A stretch of DNA of 64,000 nucleotides from positions 57,468 to 121,467 of IMG/VR virus record IMGVR_UViG_3300034062_003964. One strand, written 5' to 3'. The position numbers and the translations under genes were made by a program. The notes beneath the pieces were generated by a model. That model was not told the origin of the DNA and searched no databases. It worked only from the letters and a program-made list of their open reading frames with translations. Position 1 is the stretch's first letter. Every line of letters begins with the position of its first letter. The DNA comes from a virus. Positions 20,152 to 29,958 of the stretch are shown here, piece by piece.

Positions 20152-21709
20152 TTATATAGACGGACAACAGATATTTTTTGGTAAATGTGTTGATAGCGAT
20201 GACCCATTAATGTTAGGTAGAGTTAGGGTTGAGCCTGAGTCTATGAACATTACCGCACTACAAAATTCAAGCTCAACATTTAACCCAAATTCGACAAACC
20301 CAAATAAAAATGGAAAATGGTCACCTGTAGACCCATTTGTTTATTTACCATTACTACCTTACTTTGTTAATCAAGTTCCAAAAGTGGGTGAAAAAGTAAT
20401 GATATTTTATTACAACACAAACACAAAAACAGGTAGAAATAAATTCTACATGATAAGTACCTATTCTTCACCAACAACTATTAAGTTTGAGGATGGTTCA
20501 TCGTCACAAACAAGGTTAAATTCGGGGTACGGTAACTCAACTGAAAAATTACCACCGATTAAAAACCAAAATGGAACTTTTAAAAATGATAAAAATAAAG
20601 GGGTATTTCCGGAGCCTGTAGATATATCAATAAGTGGTAGGGATAGTGCTGACTTTATTTTAAAAGAAAAAGATGTTTTATTAAGAGCTGGAAAACACAA
20701 AAACTTCGCAACAGGACAAATACCTGAATCCGATAGTAAGAGAGCCTTTTTACAACTTTCAAAATATGAAAGTGATATAACTTTTGGCGATGCTAAATTT
20801 AGAAAAAAATTAATACAAAATAAGAAACCAATAAAGTACTTGATTGAGTATGATGTTTTAAATCCTGAAAATCAATTTTCAGCATTTACGGGTATGTTAT
20901 ACATTTACCAATTAAGAACAGAAAAACAATCTGAAAAAACTTTAACGGGGAACTTTAATGTAAATACACAATTAGATACCACAGGAGCGACTGATGGTGT
21001 TCAATTGATTAGAATGGTTAATTTTCCAATAGGGTTAAATTTAGATGACCTATCATTACAGATTAATCAAACTTTAAAAACTATTATTACTAACCCCTCA
21101 ATAGCACTTTTATCACCTACGGTTGAAAAAAATCAACAATACCCTTTTTACTATAGACCATCAAGTAAACTATATAATTTAGTAACAAAACCAACGACAG
21201 GTTATTTTATAGCCTCTGCCAATATGTCTAAATTAATGTCATTAGTAAAGATTTCAACTGCAGATATCACACCTGGTTATGGTTTAGTTTTGGACTATAA
21301 ATTATCACCAAATATTCCTTTTGAGTTTCAAAGTTCCGCGTTTGCGCCGTCCACCACACAACTTTCAGAAAATACTGCGGCATTACTTGGGGCCAATAAA
21401 TTATATTTATTATCCAACGAGACGGAAATACCAGGAAAACAAAAAATAGATTTTGACAATAGTATTTATGGAATTGAGCAGGACGCTATTGTAAACGATA
21501 TTGAACCTAATACCTCATCTATGGTTAGAGGTGAAGAACTTTTGGAGTTACTTCAATTAATTGTTAGGTTTTGTATTACACACGTTCATCCATATCCAGG
21601 TATGCCACCAAACCCTGTAACTGTAGACGGTTTATCTAGTGATGAGTTACTTTCTAATATGTTTAATGCTTATCAAAAAGTTTTGAATAGCAATATTCGA
21701 CTTAACTAA
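20144..21709 (+). CDS. Baseplate central spike / gp5-gpV-like protein
   Basis: N-terminal OB-fold pattern GKCVDSDDPLMLGRVRV…PKVGEKV; C-terminal THVHP metal-binding apex motif. Confidence 0.7.
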   Translation: MADYIDGQQIFFGKCVDSDDPLMLGRVRVEPESMNITALQNSSSTFNPNSTNPNKNGKWSPVDPFVYLPLLPYFVNQVPKVGEKVMIFYYNTNTKTGRNKFYMISTYSSPTTIKFEDGSSSQTRLNSGYGNSTEKLPPIKNQNGTFKNDKNKGVFPEPVDISISGRDSADFILKEKDVLLRAGKHKNFATGQIPESDSKRAFLQLSKYESDITFGDAKFRKKLIQNKKPIKYLIEYDVLNPENQFSAFTGMLYIYQLRTEKQSEKTLTGNFNVNTQLDTTGATDGVQLIRMVNFPIGLNLDDLSLQINQTLKTIITNPSIALLSPTVEKNQQYPFYYRPSSKLYNLVTKPTTGYFIASANMSKLMSLVKISTADITPGYGLVLDYKLSPNIPFEFQSSAFAPSTTQLSENTAALLGANKLYLLSNETEIPGKQKIDFDNSIYGIEQDAIVNDIEPNTSSMVRGEELLELLQLIVRFCITHVHPYPGMPPNPVTVDGLSSDELLSNMFNAYQKVLNSNIRLN

Positions 21710-21730
21710 GTATTTATATATAAAACAAAC

Positions 21731-23209
21731 ATGTCAATTTATAGGTCTTATTTCAGTAAGTCAAATACTATATTGTATAACTCTTATACCAACACGGGTA
21801 GAAACCCTATTGTTGAATTATTTTATGGTAATTTAAGTAATTCTGCAACACCTACGGGATTTAGTAGATATATTTTCAATATCGATTTATCGGGTCTTAC
21901 AACAAACTTTACTGATAAAGTAATTACAACAGGGTGTAGTAGAAATATAACACATACACTTCGTATGACTAATACTTCTTTTTTTGATAATGAATTATTA
22001 AACGATAAAACAAGTCAAGGAAGAAGAAGAGCAACCTCATTTGATTTACAATTATTAAGAATCCCGAGATATTCAGGTAATACAGGAGCAACTCAAACAT
22101 GGGATAGTGGTGTTGGTTATGATTATTACGATTTTAAAATAACCAATTTAAACGATAGAGCATTTTCAACAAGACCTTCAAATTGGTATGAATCGACGAC
22201 AATATCAGGATGGTCAACATCAGGTATTTACAATAATACAAACTCATTAACAGGTTTAACCGGTTTAAACTATTCGGCACTTACGGTAGTAGATACACAA
22301 CACTTTGAATTTGGTAATGAGAACATTGAGTTCGATATGTCTCATGAAATAAATTCTATTTTAACAGGCGGGACATCAGCACCTGCAGGGTGGATTATTT
22401 CATATTTTCCACAAGTAGAAAATATATCAGGACTTACTGAAAATTATTCAGTTGGGTTCTTTTCTCCACATACACAAACATTCTATGAACCATTTTTAGA
22501 AACAAACTATAATGATTTTATTGATGATGATAGAAATACTTTTTACTCGGGAAATATAAATGACCTTTATCTTTATGTGTATCAAAATGGAAATGCAGTT
22601 AATTTGGATTCTAACCCCACTGTAGACATTTTAGATAGTAACGAGGACCCTGTATCAGGTTTTACAGGATTAAGTACATGTCAAGTCACTAAAGGGGTTT
22701 ATAAGGTAGTTGTGAGTGGATTGACGGGTACAACAATCCCTTGTTTATATTATGATTTATGGAAAGGGTTGTCAATTAACTCTACATCGATAACGAATGT
22801 TCAAAATGAATTTGTTTTATTAACTAAAAATGGTAACTACCAAATAGGGTCAACCACTAATAGTCCAAAAATTTATGGATTTTCATTTGATGGTATTAAA
22901 CAAAGTGAGCAAATTCTTAATACAGATATTAGGAAGGTTAACGTCACAATTAAAAAAGCATATTCAACAAACCAAGTATTGGATAATATTGAAGCATATT
23001 ATAGGGTTTATGTTAAAGAAGGAGGGAGTACTGAAGTTCAAGTTCAAGACTGGACAAGAATAAATAAAACACCTGATTCTTACTATTTTATTTTTAATAC
23101 AATAGACAAAATACCAAATGAATATTTTATCGATATAAAAGTAGTTTCGGATAGAAATACGGATACATATAAAAGAGAACTTCAGTTCCAAATAGTTAAT
23201 AAAAAATGA
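21731..23209 (+). CDS. Putative virion structural protein
   Basis: Thr/Ser/Gly-rich beta-type composition; TATTTATA upstream. Confidence 0.55.
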   Translation: MSIYRSYFSKSNTILYNSYTNTGRNPIVELFYGNLSNSATPTGFSRYIFNIDLSGLTTNFTDKVITTGCSRNITHTLRMTNTSFFDNELLNDKTSQGRRRATSFDLQLLRIPRYSGNTGATQTWDSGVGYDYYDFKITNLNDRAFSTRPSNWYESTTISGWSTSGIYNNTNSLTGLTGLNYSALTVVDTQHFEFGNENIEFDMSHEINSILTGGTSAPAGWIISYFPQVENISGLTENYSVGFFSPHTQTFYEPFLETNYNDFIDDDRNTFYSGNINDLYLYVYQNGNAVNLDSNPTVDILDSNEDPVSGFTGLSTCQVTKGVYKVVVSGLTGTTIPCLYYDLWKGLSINSTSITNVQNEFVLLTKNGNYQIGSTTNSPKIYGFSFDGIKQSEQILNTDIRKVNVTIKKAYSTNQVLDNIEAYYRVYVKEGGSTEVQVQDWTRINKTPDSYYFIFNTIDKIPNEYFIDIKVVSDRNTDTYKRELQFQIVNKK

Positions 23210-23679
23210 TTATGAGAAATTTAGATGCAATTATTAAAAAAGTTTTAAAAGAAGACCAAAACATGAGGTCAAATAGATATATGTTCTTTTCTAACCTACA
23301 ACAAATGAGAAGACAATGTGATTTACTATTAGACTTAGACCAATCTATGGTCGAGGGTATTTTAGAAGATGGTCACGATTGGGCTCAAGACCACATTGCC
23401 GAAGCAAAAAATAATATGGACCAAGTATTCGATTTTTTAATGAATGAATCAAAAAAAGATGGTATGGAGATGTCTATGAATATCGATGACAAAGATATGG
23501 TTATGGGTGAAGGTAGAAAAAAAACAGGTACTAAATTATGTGCTCGAGGTAAAGCGGCTGCTAAGGCTAAATACGACGTTTACCCAAGTGCTTACGCTAA
23601 CGGTTTTGCAATTCAAGTATGTAAAGGTAAAATTAAAGGTTTAGATGGTCAAAAGAGATGTTCAGGAACTTATTGTTAA
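23206..23679 (+). CDS. Hypothetical protein with basic Cys-containing C-terminal domain
   Basis: KLCARGKAAAKAKYDVYPSAYANG motif; N-terminal LDAIIKKVLKE helix. Confidence 0.7.
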   Translation: MIMRNLDAIIKKVLKEDQNMRSNRYMFFSNLQQMRRQCDLLLDLDQSMVEGILEDGHDWAQDHIAEAKNNMDQVFDFLMNESKKDGMEMSMNIDDKDMVMGEGRKKTGTKLCARGKAAAKAKYDVYPSAYANGFAIQVCKGKIKGLDGQKRCSGTYC

Positions 23680-24383
23680 AGTGAACTTAAAATATTTTTT
23701 ATAATTTTTTCTAAGGACTCATTTTGGGTCCTTTTCTTTTTTGGTTTGTATGAAGTCATTACAGGTTTTTGACCTTTTCCGGTTTGAGTATCTTTTTTCT
23801 CAGCCTTTCTTTTTTGGGTACAGGCTGCTTTTTTAGCCGAATCACTCATTTTTCCTGCAACCCCCGCAGCTCTACATTTTGGGTATGCACCTTTTGACGT
23901 ATCAGGTCTACCACATGGAGGATGTTTACCATCAACTTTTCTACAAATATTAACCCACGGACCTTTCGGTTGTTTGGAGCCTTTTGGTTTTTTCTTTGTA
24001 CCAAACCAAACCGCTAAATCCTCGTTTAAATTAATCTTATCTAGTTCAATCCATTCTTTAATAGGAACTATTTTAGTATTTTTACCTGGAAATTGATTTA
24101 TAGGGTTACCTTCGACATCACTAAAAGTTGCATCGGGATGAAATTTTATAAAATTATAAATTTTATTTGCAATATTTTCCTCTTTTTTTCTTTGTTTCTT
24201 ACTTCTTTCCATTTTACCGTCATATGAATCATATGCTAAATCAGGACTTTTATATTTAGAAACAGGCTCAGTAAAAGGTCCCATAACATTTTTTTTAAAA
24301 TATCGTTCACCTGGTATTAATGGTGCTATATAACTACCTCTAGAACCGCCCGTGGATGTCGCTTCATTTATTTTTCTATCCAT
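23676..24383 (-). CDS. Hypothetical protein with basic Cys-rich domain
   Basis: DLAVWF…WVNIC…PCGR…YPKC motif; TATTTATA just upstream on the minus strand. Confidence 0.7.
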   Translation of the reverse strand: MDRKINEATSTGGSRGSYIAPLIPGERYFKKNVMGPFTEPVSKYKSPDLAYDSYDGKMERSKKQRKKEENIANKIYNFIKFHPDATFSDVEGNPINQFPGKNTKIVPIKEWIELDKINLNEDLAVWFGTKKKPKGSKQPKGPWVNICRKVDGKHPPCGRPDTSKGAYPKCRAAGVAGKMSDSAKKAACTQKRKAEKKDTQTGKGQKPVMTSYKPKKKRTQNESLEKIIKNILSSL

Positions 24384-24404
24384 AACTATAAATATCTATA
24401 AAAT

Positions 24405-24433
24405 AAAAAAGGTCAGATTTCTCTGACCTTTTT
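24405..24433. terminator. Rho-independent terminator downstream of the major capsid gene
   Basis: AAAAAGGTCAGA-TTTC-TCTGACCTTTTT hairpin with A/T tracts on both sides. Confidence 0.85.
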
Positions 24434-24453
24434 CTTATTCCGTTTTTAATTGA

Positions 24454-26250
24454 TTATCTCAATTCTCTTAAATCAAATGTTCTAACTCCATCAACTGTGA
24501 TACGTCCGTAGAAACGGTTGTTAACCATTTTCTTAGCGTAACGTGTCATAATACCTTTGATAGGTGTGAAGTTGAATGGGTTATACATTGTAGGTGTTAA
24601 TTGTAGAGGAACATATGGTGCGTAAACGTAACCTGTGTCTAACAATGAAGAACCTTTGTGTCCTAACAATACTGTGTTTGCTGGGAAGTAAGGGTCACGG
24701 TAAACTTGGTAACGACCAGCTAATGTACCAACTCTTTCAATACCCATGTTGTATTGGTCTTGCTCAGGAGACGCGTTAGATACGTGGAAGTATTCTAAAT
24801 CGTCAAAGATAGCAGAAATCTCAGAAGATACAACAATCCAGTTAGCTCCACCTCTTAATGTAGATTTGTGGATTTGTGCTGAAATTTGGTTGATTGCTGT
24901 AATCAAAGTTTGATTCCAATCTTTTTGAGTGTATTGAGTTAATGGGTTAGCTGAAGTACCTCTTTTCCATCCGTTGTAATCCCAACGTAAGTTCCAAGCC
25001 GCACCTTTACGTAAGTCACGTAAAATTTCACGGTCAATTTCTGCTGCCACTTGCTCAGATAATAAAGCTGTTAATTCAGCTTCAGCATCGATGTTATGGA
25101 ATGCAGAAACGTCTTGTGCCAATTCAGGAGACCATTGTGCTCTTAATTTTCTTTCTGTAACAGATACAGTAACTGACTCAAGGTCAAAAGAAACTTCACC
25201 AATTCTGTCTTCGAATTCTAACTCTTGGTATACTCTATAAGTACAAGTAAACTGACCTGTAGAAGGTGCTGCAAACGTTGTAGTTAAACCTGAATAACCG
25301 TCAATTGAGTTAGCTCCGATAGAACATGGTGTTTGTAAGTCAACTTCTAAGTAGATTAAACCATCTTGTGAACAAATGTTGTCATAAGAACCACCATTAC
25401 CTGTTGAAGGGAAAGATGTTGTTGTTTGAGTTCCGTATTGTACAATACCTTTACCGTATTTTTGAGTAACAACTCTAAATAATAAATCAGAAGTACCTGC
25501 TCCTGAGAACGCTCTTTGAGGAGCACCTACTCCTGTTAATGCGTTAACTCTTAAATCAGATAAGAATGCCTCATTATCCATTTCTTGTCCGTCAGGTCCA
25601 ATTAATTTTCCAGCACCACCTGATGTAAATCCAGAAAGTACTAAAAGAACTTTTCTATTCTCACCAGCAGCATACGACGATTCTGTTAATACTCCATTAA
25701 CAAAAGATACAGTAACTGCAGACTTAGTGATTGCAGAATACATACCTTTTGAATAATCAAACAAACCTGCCGGGTCTAAACCTGGTTCAGTACCTTCATA
25801 AAATCTATCGTAAAGGTTTTTGTCATTTGCTCCGTAACCTGCCTGTGCTTGAGCAACTGTTGGTCCGTTTTGAGCTCCGATTGGTGCAAAATGTTCGTTA
25901 GAACCTAAAGCATAACTTTGGATTTTAGGTACAAAGTAGAACAATTTACCGATAGGTAAGTTCATAGCTTGTACAGATACTAAATCGTTAGCTAACAATT
26001 TAGAGAATACACGTCTTACGATAGGGAAAACTACAGTTTCGAAAGAACCTGAGCTATCCGTAGAAGCCGCTTCGTTGATTAGGTGAGATGCTTGGTTTTC
26101 ATATAACTGTGCCATGTTCTCTTTGATGTGTCCTTTAAGACCGTCTAGGAATCCTAATTTATCCCATTTGTTGATTGTATCTTCTTTGATAACTTTAAGG
26201 TGTTTTAACCCGATGTTACCAACAAGACCTGATTCTAATAATGCTCCCAT
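24454..26250 (-). CDS. gp23: Major capsid protein (T4 gp23 family)
   Basis: PIVRRVF, VQAMNLPIG, RKLRAQWSPELAQD, DAEAEL, EIDREI, YAPYVPL, FTPIKGIMTRY. Confidence 0.96.
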   Translation of the reverse strand: MGALLESGLVGNIGLKHLKVIKEDTINKWDKLGFLDGLKGHIKENMAQLYENQASHLINEAASTDSSGSFETVVFPIVRRVFSKLLANDLVSVQAMNLPIGKLFYFVPKIQSYALGSNEHFAPIGAQNGPTVAQAQAGYGANDKNLYDRFYEGTEPGLDPAGLFDYSKGMYSAITKSAVTVSFVNGVLTESSYAAGENRKVLLVLSGFTSGGAGKLIGPDGQEMDNEAFLSDLRVNALTGVGAPQRAFSGAGTSDLLFRVVTQKYGKGIVQYGTQTTTSFPSTGNGGSYDNICSQDGLIYLEVDLQTPCSIGANSIDGYSGLTTTFAAPSTGQFTCTYRVYQELEFEDRIGEVSFDLESVTVSVTERKLRAQWSPELAQDVSAFHNIDAEAELTALLSEQVAAEIDREILRDLRKGAAWNLRWDYNGWKRGTSANPLTQYTQKDWNQTLITAINQISAQIHKSTLRGGANWIVVSSEISAIFDDLEYFHVSNASPEQDQYNMGIERVGTLAGRYQVYRDPYFPANTVLLGHKGSSLLDTGYVYAPYVPLQLTPTMYNPFNFTPIKGIMTRYAKKMVNNRFYGRITVDGVRTFDLRELR

Positions 26251-26283
26251 TTTATTTTTTTTTAATTTGAGTTTATTTATTGT

Positions 26284-27822
26284 TTATTTAATTTTTCCCA
26301 TCAAATCCTTCATTCTTAAGAATTGTGGATTTTCATAAGTTTTACTTTCAATCAAGTTAGATGCTGAACCATTTGAAGGTGTGCTAATAAGTTTTCTTTG
26401 AACTGATTCAGTTACAATTTCATTACTATTATTTCCTCCTTCTAATTCAGATTTAATTGATTTGTAAAGTGACTTAGATTCTTTAATTGTTTCTACGTTA
26501 TCAAATCTTCTAAGTATATTTATTTTTTCTTGTTTTGTTGTTGAGTGTTCAGTGAACAATCTAGTAGAATATGCCAAGTTTGAGTTAAATACTGCAACTT
26601 CATTTAATTTATTTCTAAAGAAATCAAGAGCCTTTTTGTACTCTTCATTTTTCTCTCTTAATAAATTAAGTTCTTTTTTAACTGATTCATTTCTCACTTG
26701 ACTCGGTGCCGAAACACGGTCTCTTTCTGCTCTTCTTCTGTAAGTCATTGTTCTTGATGCTTCTGTAGTCTCACCACCCATGTAGTCGTCTTCCATGTAG
26801 TCGTCTTCCATGTAGTCGCCTTCCATGTAGTCGCCTTCCATACAATCACCTTCCATACAATCACCTTCCATGTAGTCTGATTCTGTTTTCATATCATCAA
26901 TCATTTCTTCATCCATCCATCCTTCTTCCATGTATTCTTCATCCATTTCAGATTCAGTAACACCATGTTTAACTTTAGGATATTTGAATTTAGGACCCTT
27001 ACCTGTTTTCTCAGATTTTAAACCATCTTCCATGTCATCATTAAAACCTTTGTTGTTAACTGAAGATTTTGGTAAACCGTTTTTCATTTTACCAAACCCC
27101 ATCCCAACAGGTTTCATCGATTCGCTTACTTCCAATTCGTAAATAGTTTCGTCCATTTCGTCATAAGATTCGTCCATTTCGTCATAAGATTCGTCCATTT
27201 CGTCATAAGATTCATCCATTTCAGAATTTTCCATATCACCTTCTTTTTCTTCGAAGACTAATTCATAAATTACACTCTCATTCATATCTTCCATAGGGTC
27301 TTCCATAGATAAACCTGAATCATCACCTAAATCAATAAAGTATTCATTATTTGTGTTGTTATCGGTAAGGTGTATTTTATTATCATCTTTAACGACGATA
27401 ATTCCATCTTCATCACCCATAGCTTTAAACACTTTCAACACTTCACCAGGTTTAGCCCCTGTCATATCAAGAGGTGGTAATTCGTCTTCGTTATCAGTAT
27501 CTGCCGGTGCATCCATCATAGTGACATCAAATTCACCACCTTCAGGATTAACATCTGCATCAACGTCAATAGTCTCTTCACTGTCATCTGCAACTTCTGT
27601 GTCTGTTTCCACACCTACCACTTCTTCGGTGTCATCTTCTTCTTGTTCGCGTAAAGACTTTTTTGTTTTTGTGCCAAATAATGACTCTTTTACTAATTCA
27701 CTGATTTCTTCCTTCATTGTAGAAGCAAGTATTCCTTTTGCGTTTTCGCTAATAGCTTCTTCGATAGACTTCATTTGTAATAAAGTTTTCTCTACTAAAT
27801 TTTCGTTTTTTTCTAAACTCAT
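26284..27822 (-). CDS. Prohead core/scaffolding protein (gp22-like)
   Basis: Very acidic low-complexity middle and coiled-coil C-terminus; directly upstream of the capsid gene. ATG at 27822 chosen as start. Confidence 0.7.
   Translation of the reverse strand: MSLEKNENLVEKTLLQMKSIEEAISENAKGILASTMKEEISELVKESLFGTKTKKSLREQEEDDTEEVVGVETDTEVADDSEETIDVDADVNPEGGEFDVTMMDAPADTDNEDELPPLDMTGAKPGEVLKVFKAMGDEDGIIVVKDDNKIHLTDNNTNNEYFIDLGDDSGLSMEDPMEDMNESVIYELVFEEKEGDMENSEMDESYDEMDESYDEMDESYDEMDETIYELEVSESMKPVGMGFGKMKNGLPKSSVNNKGFNDDMEDGLKSEKTGKGPKFKYPKVKHGVTESEMDEEYMEEGWMDEEMIDDMKTESDYMEGDCMEGDCMEGDYMEGDYMEDDYMEDDYMGGETTEASRTMTYRRRAERDRVSAPSQVRNESVKKELNLLREKNEEYKKALDFFRNKLNEVAVFNSNLAYSTRLFTEHSTTKQEKINILRRFDNVETIKESKSLYKSIKSELEGGNNSNEIVTESVQRKLISTPSNGSASNLIESKTYENPQFLRMKDLMGKIK
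26778..26877 (-). repeat. 15-nt tandem repeat encoding D(Y/C)ME(G/D), about 7 copies
   Basis: CCATGTAGTCGTCTT / CCATACAATCACCTT units. Confidence 0.85.
27148..27222 (-). repeat. 21-nt tandem repeat encoding EMDESYD, about 3.5 copies
   Basis: TTCGTCCATTTCGTCATAAGA x3 plus a partial copy. Confidence 0.9.
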
Positions 27823-27922
27823 TTTATAATGCAATGCGTTTTGCGTTTATTTTTATTAGATAAATATACCTTAGTTTGAAAAAGTTCTTATTTTAATGTA
27901 GATAGCCAAAAAAATCGGGCAC

Positions 27923-27948
27923 AAAAAAAGGGGACATAAAGTCCCCTT
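27923..27948 (-). terminator. Rho-independent terminator
   Basis: AAGGGGAC-5nt-GTCCCCTT followed by a T-tract on the minus strand, after 27968-28177. Confidence 0.8.
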
Positions 27949-27967
27949 ACTTAATAATTTAAAAAAA

Positions 27968-28177
27968 TTATTCAATAACTTCGTCAATTTTACTTTCAAC
28001 GATTGCAGTAATTCTCCATTCCATTGAATACGTTTCGTAAACTTTCGTTACTTTTGCTTCGACATCTGTCGGTGAAAAACCTTTCACAAGTTTTTCTTCT
28101 CTCATTTTTTTAACCTTACCTGTGTTATCATCAACCATATCAGTTGTGATTTTTGCTACAAAATACTTTTCGTCCAT
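27968..28177 (-). CDS. DUF4494-like small protein
   Basis: GKVKKMREEKLV.GFS.TDVEAKV…ITAIVESKIDEV resembles Bacteroidota DUF4494. Confidence 0.55.
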   Translation of the reverse strand: MDEKYFVAKITTDMVDDNTGKVKKMREEKLVKGFSPTDVEAKVTKVYETYSMEWRITAIVESKIDEVIE

Positions 28178-28187
28178 AATAAATTTT

Positions 28188-28901
28188 TTACTTTCCTAAA
28201 TAATCGGATAATCTTTTCATTAAGTCAACAGATTTTTCTAATCCACCTCCACCACTAACTGAAGTATTATCATTTTCTGCCAATTTTTCTTCGTATCTTG
28301 GTCTATCTTCTTTATTTAAGTAAAGATATGCTCCAGGTGTGGATGGTGAAGATACAAGGTCAAAACAAATTAGTTCAAAATCATCTTGTACTTCATTTTG
28401 GTCACCTTTTTTTACTAAGGACCCAACACCACGAGAAGAAACTCCCATAGTAACACCTTGTCTCATCATGTTAGCCGCAACATCACCCTTAGATGATACA
28501 ATACCTCTTTCATGAAAACCAGGTGTAGTTAATAATTTAATCTTACCCATCAATATGTTACCTTCCCACCACATCTCTGTAATAAGGTGGGATACCCTAT
28601 CAAGGTCAATTAAAGAAGATTCAGGGTGATTTAACTCTGAAATGGACATACCACGTTTAATAGCGTCTTGGTATTTGTCAGATTCTCTTCTTAATATTTT
28701 TTCGGGGTATACTCTTCCGTTTCTATTTGGAACTCCCCACTTTTGAAGAGTTGCATAAAATTCAAATGGTTTAGAATGTTCTAATTGTCCGTAAGATTCA
28801 CGTATAATGTTTTGGTTACGCGGTTCATTAGGATTAATAATCCCCGCATCCCACTCAACTAATATACCTTTACCTGTATCACTAGGTCCTAATATTTTCA
28901 T
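28188..28901 (-). CDS. gp21: Prohead core protease (T4 gp21 family)
   Basis: NRNGRVYP, ELNHP, VSHLI, GVSSRGVGS, DLVSSPSTPGA. Confidence 0.95.
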   Translation of the reverse strand: MKILGPSDTGKGILVEWDAGIINPNEPRNQNIIRESYGQLEHSKPFEFYATLQKWGVPNRNGRVYPEKILRRESDKYQDAIKRGMSISELNHPESSLIDLDRVSHLITEMWWEGNILMGKIKLLTTPGFHERGIVSSKGDVAANMMRQGVTMGVSSRGVGSLVKKGDQNEVQDDFELICFDLVSSPSTPGAYLYLNKEDRPRYEEKLAENDNTSVSGGGGLEKSVDLMKRLSDYLGK

Positions 28902-28922
28902 AAGTTCTTTTAAAGATAAATA

Positions 28923-29375
28923 TTAGCTTTCTTTGAATTCTACTACTTTTGTTTTACTAAGTGTAAAATGTTTATTTTGTTTAAGGTCGTCGTTGTATAT
29001 ACCATTAAGAATTTTTTTAATCTTGTCTCTTAAAATTGGGGATTTAAAGTCGTGTATATTATTATGTATGAATAGTGTAATTTCTATATTCATAAAGCTT
29101 TTTTTATTTTTTTGTATTCCACTTGTTCTTAAATCTAAGTCAACTATTTGTTTTCTTTCAAAAGTTTGAGTGTCTACCACCTCTAATAATGTGTGTTGGA
29201 TTTGTCTTTTTATTTCACCGACCAATCGGTTCCAATTCTCATCTAAAGTTAGAGGTTCAATCCAAGTCTGTAAAACTATGTAAATGGATTTTAAATTTTT
29301 TGAATCTACTGTTCCGTAAGAACACTTGGCATCATCAAAAATGTTTAGTTTTGATGTTTTTCCTTTCTTCATCAA
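28923..29375 (-). CDS. Hypothetical protein
   Basis: 150-aa ORF between bS21 and the protease gene. Confidence 0.7.
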   Translation of the reverse strand: MMKKGKTSKLNIFDDAKCSYGTVDSKNLKSIYIVLQTWIEPLTLDENWNRLVGEIKRQIQHTLLEVVDTQTFERKQIVDLDLRTSGIQKNKKSFMNIEITLFIHNNIHDFKSPILRDKIKKILNGIYNDDLKQNKHFTLSKTKVVEFKES

Positions 29376-29476
29376 TCATATCTTTCATGTTTATTTTTTA
29401 TAAAAGTAAGTCATATAAATAGAATTGTCAAAATTGGGTTTTTATGTTATATTTATATTAATAAAGTAAAAAAAAT

Positions 29477-29668
29477 ATGATTATAATTAAAGTTAAAAAC
29501 GCGTCTTCCATCGAACAAGCTCTAAAACAATATAAGTTTAAAGTTTATAAAACAAAACAAACTGAAAAGTTAAGAGAAAGACAAGAGTTTACAAAAAAAT
29601 CAGTTAAGAAAAGAAGTCAGGTTAATAAGGCAATTTACTTACAGAAAAAAAGAAATCAATTTTCTTGA
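29477..29668 (+). CDS. rpsU: Ribosomal protein bS21 (phage-encoded, Bacteroidota type)
   Basis: IKVK…SIEQALKQYK.K…LRERQEFTKKSVKKR…KAIY matches the bS21 pattern. Confidence 0.88.
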   Translation: MIIIKVKNASSIEQALKQYKFKVYKTKQTEKLRERQEFTKKSVKKRSQVNKAIYLQKKRNQFS

Positions 29669-29958
29669 TTTTCATCATCAGTCGTATTTTCACCCTTTTT
29701 TTCTTTTTGTATCTGATGTAGGATATATCCTGATATCCCAAGTTGGATTGATGCCCACATTATAATATCTGTCATAGTTAAATCAGGATATTTTTTTAGA
29801 ACAAAAAATACCATACCCCATTGTGCAATTATAAATGCGACTCCGGATTCAATTCTCTTTTTAGAAAAAAATGATGGTTGGTGGGAATAAATTCTTATAA
29901 GTTCAGTAATACCCTTTTTTATGTTTCCCCAACCAAAAAAGTATTTTTTTGAACTCAT
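29656..29958 (-). CDS. Small two-TM membrane protein (holin-like topology)
   Basis: Two hydrophobic segments and a charged C-terminus; ATG at 29958 overlaps the upstream stop. Confidence 0.5.
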   Translation of the reverse strand: MSSKKYFFGWGNIKKGITELIRIYSHQPSFFSKKRIESGVAFIIAQWGMVFFVLKKYPDLTMTDIIMWASIQLGISGYILHQIQKEKKGENTTDDENQEN

